Assembly: GCA_003021305.1 (NCBI GenBank)
Contig: PXQN01000058.1
Span: 633-64,632, forward strand
Direction of reading: 5' to 3'
DNA from: Halobacteriales archaeon QH_10_67_22
GTDB taxonomy: Archaea; Halobacteriota; Halobacteria; Halobacteriales; Haloarculaceae
Length of the DNA stretch: 64,000 nucleotides
In this document: positions 57,834 to 64,000 of the stretch, in pieces
Position numbering within the stretch: position 1 is the stretch's first letter
Layout: each line of letters starts with the position of its first letter
The notes under the pieces: generated by a model
Databases searched by the model: none
Seen by the model: the letters and a program-made list of their open reading frames with translations, nothing else
What the model was told of the DNA's origin: nothing
Made by a program: the position numbers and the translations under genes

Positions 57834-57859
57834 TATAGCGTCTTGAAAGGTACCAAGTG

Positions 57860-58250
57860 AGTAGCGGCTGAGGGGAGTAAGCCCCCTTCTGTTCGGCCCG
57901 GCATTCGGCTGAGCGCCCGCGTCGTGTCCGGGCTACCTGTCACGCGGGCTTGCACCGGTGAGGGTTCGCCGTTCCATCCGTTCTCTCCCGTCGAGTTCGC
58001 GCGCCTCATCGGTCGGGGAGAGGGGTCTCGTTTCTGTTCCAGCGCCAGCGGTCTCCCGCTCCGGGTTTGCACCCGGTCACCTGCCCGGACGGTGGGGGGA
58101 CTTTCCTCATGCCCCTTGCCGGCCGGATCACTCCGCCCGGGCCGGGGCACGGGAACCGGGCTCCCTCTGCCATACTCATGTAAGGCCGTCACCCGATTAA
58201 GCCGTTCGGTCGTCCGACGACACCCTCAGCGCGCTCTCCGGGGACCCAAA
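57860..58250 (-). ncRNA. rnpB: RNase P RNA (archaeal type A)
   Basis: On the minus strand, GAGGAAAGTCCCCCC (CR-I) lies at about 58100 and ACAGAAGGGGGCTTAC (CR-V) at about 57885. P1 pairing is GCGCTGAGGG / CCCCTCAGCCGC. A TATA-like AATATTAT at 58276-58283 lies upstream. Ends are approximate. Confidence 0.8.
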
Positions 58251-58610
58251 GCGCGTCGTGAGTGATCGATAGCGGATAATATTGCTTCTTCACGCACGGC
58301 CGACCGAGAACACGGTCCGGCACCAACCGCGACATCTCGAGAGGACGCAACGCCAGAATCGGTCCGTTCGTCGTCTCTCGGGGCCGTTCGGCTGTCAGTC
58401 GGCCCTCGCGTTCCCGACGGTGAGTGGCTGGTGACCTGTGTGAGAGCGTCACGAATGGTCCCGCGTGATTTCGTGGCAAAGTTAGCCGGTAATCGGCGGC
58501 GGGGGAACGAATTGCACGGGCGGACGCGGTTAAGGAGGTTGCAGCTCTAGGGTGGGGTACAGCGGCGGTCCGGCCCCCGACGCTGGCCGAGACTGCCGGA
58601 GACACGACAG

Positions 58611-58760
58611 ATGACGAACAACGACCAGGTCGGAGCGACGGACGGATCGGACGACGACCGCGAGGCGGCGGACGCACACCTCGCAGACGTCGAGGATGGG
58701 TGTGGCTGTGCCGAGGTCTGGGAGCACCTCTCACAGCAGCGCGAGGCGAGTGCAGACTGA
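58611..58760 (+). CDS. 49-aa acidic small protein with a CGC motif (…DVEDGCGCAEVWEHLSQQRE…)
   Basis: ATG 58611 to TGA 58758-58760. Haloarchaeal-type composition. Function unknown. Confidence 0.4.
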   Translation: MTNNDQVGATDGSDDDREAADAHLADVEDGCGCAEVWEHLSQQREASAD

Positions 58761-58850
58761 CAGTCGGATAACTCGACGGTCCAGTCGCCTGTGTCCGAAA
58801 CACGCAGGGAGGCAAGGGACTTTTGCTACGCCAGTGCTAACCGCACGACG

Positions 58851-59525
58851 ATGAGTGGAGAGGGGCCGGACCCCCCAGCGACCGACCGGGAATCACCAGT
58901 CGGGGCGCCCGTCATCAGGGGCGACCCGTCCGTCACGGGCCAGCGACCAGAAGAGGCCGTCGAGTTCGACCCCGACGACCCGAAGAGTCTGGCGACGGCC
59001 GCCGACGTCGTCGGCCAGTTCGCCGCCGAGACGGCCGGCCAGACCGACACGGTCTACATGCTCCGCGGGGCGGCCGCGTGTGCGGCACTGGTCCGTGGCG
59101 AGGGGTCGTACAAGGCCGCGGCCGAGCGCGCCGGCGGCGGGGCGACCGTCGCGTTCATCCGCAAGTGGTCCCGCGTCCACGACCTCCCGCGGTCGATCCG
59201 GAAACACGTCGCGATGGGACACATCGCCCCGACGGCCGCGAAACACATCGCTCGCGTCAGCGGCGAAGCGCGCCTGCAACTGGCCTGGGCGGTCCTCGAC
59301 GCCGGCATGACCGTCCGTCAGGTCCGCTCGGTCGCCAGCGACATCAACGACGGCGTCTCGGTCGCCGACGCGCTCGACCGCGAGGGGATCACGCTGGGCG
59401 AACTCACAGTCACGCTCCCGCCCGGAACCTACGAGGAACTGCGCCGCCGCGCCGCGCTCGAGGACATCGAGCCCGACGCCATCGTCGCCGACACCCTCGA
59501 CCGGCGGTTTGACTCCGGCCGGTGA
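58851..59525 (+). CDS. conserved protein with a ParB-like/HTH C-terminal region
   Basis: …FIRKWSRVHDLPRSIRKHVAMGHIAPTAAKHIARVSGEARLQLAWAVLDAGMTVRQVR… The start was taken at MSGEGPD (alternative 58791). Confidence 0.55.
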   Translation: MSGEGPDPPATDRESPVGAPVIRGDPSVTGQRPEEAVEFDPDDPKSLATAADVVGQFAAETAGQTDTVYMLRGAAACAALVRGEGSYKAAAERAGGGATVAFIRKWSRVHDLPRSIRKHVAMGHIAPTAAKHIARVSGEARLQLAWAVLDAGMTVRQVRSVASDINDGVSVADALDREGITLGELTVTLPPGTYEELRRRAALEDIEPDAIVADTLDRRFDSGR

Positions 59526-59586
59526 CCCCATCTCGACACGGGTGATCGTAAGGTCTTAACGGCCGTCAGCCTCAGTCACTGACGCA

Positions 59587-59660
59587 GGGCCGGTAGCTCA
59601 GTCAGGCAGAGCGTCTGGCTTTTAACCAGATGGTCGGGGGTTCAACTCCCTCCCGGCCCG
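59587..59660 (+). tRNA. tRNA-Lys (anticodon UUU)
   Basis: Cloverleaf by eye. Acceptor GGGCCGG/CCGGCCC, D arm GCTC-AGTCAGGC-AGAGC, anticodon stem TCTGG/CCAGA with loop CTTTTAA, T arm GGGGG-TTCAACT-CCCTC. TATA-like TCTTAAC lies about 30 nt upstream. Confidence 0.9.
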
Positions 59661-59661
59661 T

Positions 59662-59757
59662 GCAAAGTCGACACTCGATACTTCGTTTGGCGGTCTCCGA
59701 GACGTCTCGATGGTGAAACACCGACGAGCGTGTTCACGTACTCGTGTCCGACAGTAT
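59662..59757. mobile_element. MITE-like element, family A, copy A4 (left TIR missing, abuts the tRNA-Lys 3' end)
   Basis: Matches A2/A3 from ...AAGTCGACACTCGATACTTCG to the right TIR CTCGTGTCCGACAGTAT. It starts 2 nt after the tRNA discriminator base. Confidence 0.75.
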
Positions 59758-59785
59758 TACCAGGGAGAACCCCGAGAGGGCGAGT

Positions 59786-59992
59786 ATGAGTGTGACAGAA
59801 CGGTTCGACGACCGGCTCGAAGCGGTCGGTATCGCGGTCGGCGTCCTGCTCGTGCTCGTCGGGCTCGGGACTATCGCCGGCTTTCCCTGGGCGACCAAGA
59901 ACAACGCGACCGCCTCAGTCCTGCAGGTCATCGGTGCGCTCGGCGTCGCCGGAATCGGCGCCGGGCTCGTCTGGTTGAGCCGCTACGAGTAA
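59786..59992 (+). CDS. small two-TM membrane protein
   Basis: MSVTERFDDRLEAVGIAVGVLLVLVGLGTIAGF...VIGALGVAGIGAGLVWL. The longer ORF start (59744) lies inside MITE A4. Confidence 0.5.
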   Translation: MSVTERFDDRLEAVGIAVGVLLVLVGLGTIAGFPWATKNNATASVLQVIGALGVAGIGAGLVWLSRYE

Positions 59993-60003
59993 CTTTTCGC
60001 GGG

Positions 60004-61110
60004 TCAGCCTTTGACGGGGAGCAACGCGGTGGCGATCAGGAGGACGGCGACGACGACGCTGAGCTGTGTGACCCCCCAGAGGCCGTTCTTGCGCTCGGTG
60101 TAGGCGTCGATCGCTTCGTGCTGTGCGTGGTACTCCTCGTAACGCTCGTCGCTCTCGAACAACTGGACCGAGGAGTTGTCCGGGAAATGCGCGAAGTACT
60201 GTCTGTCGCCGATAGTGACGTTCTCGCCCTCGGCGAGGTCGACGGTTGTCGTCTGTTCGCCGGTTCGGGTCAGCGTGATACCCTCGCTGTCGACCGCGTC
60301 GACCGTCTGTTCGGCGCCCTCGTACTGCAGCGTCTTGCCCTCTGCGACCGTGTGGCGTTCAGCGGGGTCGAAGTAGTCGCTGACGGCGACGTTCGTATCG
60401 TTCGCGCGGTAGGTGACTTTCCGCACCCCGTCCTGGGTGATCACCTCGTCGTACAGCGCGGGGTCACTCGTTGCCAGCTGGGTGAGGTTGCGCTGCTCGA
60501 CGAAGGTCGCCTCGGTCGGCTCGCTGTCGTTCTCGGTCTCGACGACCACCAGATACGGATTCCCCCAGACGACCGTGGCCGCTCCGTCGGAGACGTCGGT
60601 CACCGTCGCCTCGAACCCGTGGAACTGGAAGGTGTCCTCGGCTTCCAGCGTCTCGTTGTCGGCGGCGTCGTCGGCGTTCGTCAGCGTGAGCGTGCTCGCC
60701 GAGTCGTTGACCGCGACCTCGTAGGTGGTCGTGCCGTCGGTGACGGTCGACCCGTCCTCGAAAGTGGCTTCCCGGCGTGCGGTCTGGCCGTCCCAGACGA
60801 CGTCCGTCGGGGGGACCTCCGACCCGTTGTCGATGGTGGTCTCGAGTTCGGCGGACTCGTCAGTCCAGGACAGTTCCCCCGAGACGGTGACACCGCCACC
60901 GCCGCCGTGGCCGCCGCCACCGCCGTCGCTCTCGGCCTCGATCGACGAGACAGTCCAGGTCCGCTCCCCGAGGGTCACCTCGTCACCCTCGGCGTAGCTC
61001 TCCCCGTCCATCGCGACGGTCGGCGCAGCCGTCGTCTGGATGAGCCCGTACGCGGCCCCACCCACGACGAGGAAGAACGCGAGATACATCGCCACGGCTC
61101 GTCTTTGCAT
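60004..61110 (-). CDS. membrane-anchored extracellular protein, function unknown
   Basis: N-terminal TM (AMYLAFFLVVGGAAYGLI), acidic Thr/Asp-rich ectodomain with a GGGGGHGGGGG run, and a C-terminal TM. Confidence 0.65.
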   Translation of the reverse strand: MQRRAVAMYLAFFLVVGGAAYGLIQTTAAPTVAMDGESYAEGDEVTLGERTWTVSSIEAESDGGGGGHGGGGGVTVSGELSWTDESAELETTIDNGSEVPPTDVVWDGQTARREATFEDGSTVTDGTTTYEVAVNDSASTLTLTNADDAADNETLEAEDTFQFHGFEATVTDVSDGAATVVWGNPYLVVVETENDSEPTEATFVEQRNLTQLATSDPALYDEVITQDGVRKVTYRANDTNVAVSDYFDPAERHTVAEGKTLQYEGAEQTVDAVDSEGITLTRTGEQTTTVDLAEGENVTIGDRQYFAHFPDNSSVQLFESDERYEEYHAQHEAIDAYTERKNGLWGVTQLSVVVAVLLIATALLPVKG

Positions 61111-61181
61111 ACCCGATCGGTCCGGTGCCCCGGGGTAAAACGATTATCAATTGCGCCGAGACGCCCGCTGTGACCGCCCGG

Positions 61182-61421
61182 TCAGTCCGACGTGACTGCC
61201 ACGCTCCGGTCGTCGGAGTCGCCGACCGCCGCGGCCAGCCCCCGTGCGAGCGCCAGCACGGCCCGCTCGTGTTCGGCTTTCGACCCGTAGACCGCAATCG
61301 GCGAAACGTCGAGGTCGTCGTAGGCACCGAACTCGGCCGGGGACGCGTCGCCGCGGCGCTCGACATCGGCCCTGACCAGCGCCAGCAGCGTGTGCAGGTG
61401 GAGGGATTCGTCTTTTTTCAT
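61182..61421 (-). CDS. UPF0058-family small protein
   Basis: MKKDESLHLHTLLALVRADVERR... resembles the archaeal UPF0058 N-terminus (MHKDELLxLH) as recalled. Confidence 0.55.
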   Translation of the reverse strand: MKKDESLHLHTLLALVRADVERRGDASPAEFGAYDDLDVSPIAVYGSKAEHERAVLALARGLAAAVGDSDDRSVAVTSD

Positions 61422-61582
61422 GTACCCTCCCTACGTGCTGGAAATGCCTAAACCTCGCGGCGACAGTGATCCATTCGAGCCGCGCCTGGCGCGGCGGCCG
61501 ACCGGGTCGGCCAGTTATTGCGTTCCAGCGCCAACGTCCGAGTGATGGACGACCACAGCGTCGACGCTGGCAGGTGGTTGTG

Positions 61583-61789
61583 ATGTCGACGACGGCCCCC
61601 GAGCGATTCGACAACGCCACCGTGATCGCCGTCGCGACCCTGTTCGCGGCGGTCGTCGCCGCGATCGCACTGGTCGGCGTGGTCCTGCCCGACGCCCGCC
61701 CGTACGTCAGAGCCGGGATCGGCCTCTGTATCGCTGTCTACGCCGTCTACGGTGCCGTGATCGTCCGCCAGGCCGGAAAGCGGTTGTAA
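61583..61789 (+). CDS. small two-TM membrane protein
   Basis: MSTTAPERFDNATVIAVATLFAAVVAAIALVGVVL...GIGLCIAVYAVYGAVIV. Confidence 0.45.
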   Translation: MSTTAPERFDNATVIAVATLFAAVVAAIALVGVVLPDARPYVRAGIGLCIAVYAVYGAVIVRQAGKRL

Positions 61790-61830
61790 ATACGGTAGAG
61801 TACAGGTGAGCGTAGTAGTACGAGAGGGCT

Positions 61831-61977
61831 TTACACGTCCGACAGAGACACGTCGAGTTGGTCGGCGACGTGGGCGGGAGACTGTCCGCTGTCAATCACC
61901 CGTGTGACGACGTGACGAACTCCGATCCGTGTGCCGTCGATCCGTGGCTCGCCACCGATCACGTCGTCACGGGTGAT
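61831..61977 (-). pseudogene. DUF433-domain remnant (no start codon, short C-terminus)
   Basis: The frame reads ITRDDVIGGEPRIDGTRIGVRHVVTRVIDSGQSPAHVADQLDVSLSDV*, the DUF433 core. No in-frame start lies before the stop of the upstream gene. Confidence 0.5.
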
Positions 61978-61987
61978 AGCATGCGAG

Positions 61988-62959
61988 CTATCCCTGCATC
62001 TGTGCTCCCGTACTGAAACTGGTGAGGTCGTCGATTCGGTTTTCTAGTTCTTCGATCTCCCGTCGCAGGTCGTCGGTTTCCGCTTCCTCACTCGCTGCCA
62101 GTCGGTCTTTGAGTCCCTGGAGGCGTGACTCTTTGACTTCCTCGTCGACCTCTGCTTTCCGGACGTACTCGCTCTCGTCGATCTCGTACACGTCGCTCTC
62201 GGAGAGTTCGGTTACTTCGAGCGCTTCGTCTACCCTGTTTGCGTCGACGGTCGTCAGTCGCTCGCGTTCGATCCCGGCAGCCTCGAAAGCGTTCAACACG
62301 AGTTCATCGTCCCTGAGCGATCGGTTGCGGCGTGAGGTTCGCTGCACGGACCCGTACTGACCGTGGACTGGCTGGTCGTGATGGAGCCTATCGAGTAGTA
62401 CGTCGGCGATGTCCTTCCGGAGTTCGTTCGCGTTCCGCTGGACGTCCGAGCAGAGCGTGTATAGATTCACCAGCGCGTCCGTCTCCAACGCCGTGATATC
62501 GGACACTTCGTGTCGTTCTAGCGCGTCGATGAGAAGCAAGGCGTCGGAGTACACGTCGATCCCATCAGGTTCGGTACGTTCGTTCTCGCTGGCAGCTGCC
62601 TCCTCGCTCGCCAGTTGCGACTCGGTCACACCGTCTTTTTGGGCAATGACGCCGCGCTCTTCGTCGATCTCGAAGCGCGGATGGAGACTCAGTACCGCCG
62701 GGTACGGGTCGGCATCGGCTGGAAGCCGGTCGAGAGCGAACCCGTCGGTGGCGTCCTGAATCCGCTGGTAGAGTGTTTCGAACTGATCACGTTGCAGTGG
62801 TCGTCGCTCTCCCGTTTCGGAGAACGTGATAATGACGCGGTGTTCTTGCACATCCGCGATCCGGAACCGGTCGTGAGAGAGCGGAGTGACGAGTTCGGCA
62901 CCGTCGGACAGTTCGTCGAGTTCGTCGAGGAGCGTGTGCCAACTGACGCTGAACGGCAT
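61988..62959 (-). CDS. acidic hypothetical protein with a C-terminal coiled coil (323 aa)
   Basis: Start at MPFSVSWHTLLDELDEL. Lower GC than its surroundings. I recognise no domain. The C-terminus (RLQGLKDRLAASEEAETDDLRREIEELENRIDDL) is coiled-coil-like. Confidence 0.6.
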   Translation of the reverse strand: MPFSVSWHTLLDELDELSDGAELVTPLSHDRFRIADVQEHRVIITFSETGERRPLQRDQFETLYQRIQDATDGFALDRLPADADPYPAVLSLHPRFEIDEERGVIAQKDGVTESQLASEEAAASENERTEPDGIDVYSDALLLIDALERHEVSDITALETDALVNLYTLCSDVQRNANELRKDIADVLLDRLHHDQPVHGQYGSVQRTSRRNRSLRDDELVLNAFEAAGIERERLTTVDANRVDEALEVTELSESDVYEIDESEYVRKAEVDEEVKESRLQGLKDRLAASEEAETDDLRREIEELENRIDDLTSFSTGAQMQG

Positions 62960-63210
62960 ACTGAACGGTAACGCGTGACCGAATAAAACACTCCGGCCGT
63001 CGCCCGACCGTTTTTGTTCCGGCCGCCTGGATGACCAGTATGGTCGACACCGAGTTTGGGAACTCAACCGAGCCATCTTGATACAGCGAGGGAATCCTGG
63101 CGTTCACGCCGAGAGGGAATCGCGTACGCTCCACGTGACAATCAGCGGGACTGTCGTCTACCCGAAGACCGACCGTAAGTGTTTAGTTACATATGCACTT
63201 ACACAACTCT

Positions 63211-63351
63211 GTGCGAACGGATGTGGACATGGAGCGGGACGGCGACCTACACGAACGGGTCAAGCAGTACGCCCGTGAGAATGGTATCCGTCACCCGCGA
63301 GCATACCGCGAGCTAATCGAAAAGGGATTAGACGCCACCGATGCCGACTAA
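63211..63351 (+). CDS. small ribbon-helix-helix-like protein (46 aa)
   Basis: VRTDVDMERDGDLHERVKQYARENGIRHPRAYRELIEKGLDATDAD has an RHH-like strand-helix-helix pattern. GTG 63211 or ATG 63229. Its stop overlaps the TnpB start by 11 nt. Confidence 0.45.
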   Translation: MRTDVDMERDGDLHERVKQYARENGIRHPRAYRELIEKGLDATDAD

Positions 63352-64000
63352 GACGCTTGAAGCAACACTCGCGCCGCCGACAGCCCACAAGGAGCGAAAG
63401 CTACAGGAAATCCACGACCTGTATCACGAGGGGCTACACGAAGCGTTCGAGACTGGCGCTGATACGCAGTCGGCAGTCAACGACATAGTAACACCCTACG
63501 ACCTGCCGTATCAGGTCAAAGACGCACTCAAAAACTACGTGCCGTCGTTGGACGACGCACGGGAATTGAGCGACGACCACCCAACACGGATGGTCAACCG
63601 TGCCGCTCGCTTCGACTACTCGGAGGACCGAACACACAGCTACGTGTGGGAGGTTCCCCAACCCGGCCACGGCCCGAATTTCTGGATACCGCTTCGTATC
63701 AACCCCGAACAGGAGCAACTGTGGGCAGACTTGCTGGCTGGAAACGTATCGCCCGGTCAACTCCAACTGATACAGAATCGCACATCATGGACACTGCACG
63801 TCGCTGTCGAGTATTCTGCCGAAGACCCCGGCTACGATACCGACAGCGACGACGTGACGCACATCGGACTGGACATTGGTGAATCGTCTCTTATTATGGG
63901 CTGTGCCCTCACGGACGGTTCACCGACCCGCCCGCTTGTGTGTGACGGGAGCCGTGCGAAGCATCTCCGCAAAGAGATGCACACCACCCTGAAACGACTC
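63341..64000 (+). CDS. tnpB: IS200/IS605-family TnpB (IS1341-type RNA-guided endonuclease family), 5' part, runs off the window
   Basis: MPTKTLEATLAPPTAHKERKLQEIHDLYHEG...THIGLDIGESSLIM (RuvC-I Asp). The frame is open to the window end and is absent from the ORF track because no stop is reached. Confidence 0.75.
   Translation, partial: MPTKTLEATLAPPTAHKERKLQEIHDLYHEGLHEAFETGADTQSAVNDIVTPYDLPYQVKDALKNYVPSLDDARELSDDHPTRMVNRAARFDYSEDRTHSYVWEVPQPGHGPNFWIPLRINPEQEQLWADLLAGNVSPGQLQLIQNRTSWTLHVAVEYSAEDPGYDTDSDDVTHIGLDIGESSLIMGCALTDGSPTRPLVCDGSRAKHLRKEMHTTLKRL

Overview
This is a 64-kb chromosomal segment from a GC-rich haloarchaeon (class Halobacteria). The evidence is an acidic proteome, HalOD1, Bat/HTH-10, DUF5802 and amphi-Trp type families, and many genes with a TATA-like box about 27 nt upstream of the start codon (leaderless style). 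All calls come from reading the sequence and ORF track and from remembered family motifs; no searches were run.

Most of the window is ordinary core genome:
- Signalling genes: a PAS/receiver protein, a Bat-like regulator and a histidine kinase.
- Replication and repair: hjc and priL.
- Histidine biosynthesis: hisA and hisB.
- A 2-oxoacid dehydrogenase cluster (E1alpha, E1beta, E2, lipA), with lpdA 25 kb away.
- Other housekeeping: gatD, aspartate kinase, purO, udp, tsaC, pheA, thiE and bcp.
- A complete pstSCAB-phoU phosphate-uptake operon.
- RNase P RNA and tRNA-Lys(UUU).

I found no CRISPR array and no recognisable defence island.

What stands out:
1. Three families of short non-coding elements with terminal inverted repeats (MITE-like, 79-111 bp), eight copies in total. 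Most sit exactly at stop codons.
2. An unusually high number of internally deleted or truncated genes: E1alpha, lpdA, a SAMP-like ubiquitin-fold gene, yigZ, cupin, K+ channel, GNAT, possibly MOSC, DUF433 and an IS6 transposase.
3. A lower-GC block to the right of tRNA-Lys. It carries unknown genes and an overlapping RHH-TnpB pair that runs off the window.
4. A 175-nt strongly palindromic intergenic element.

Start codons are best guesses. Functions of small ORFs are tentative.
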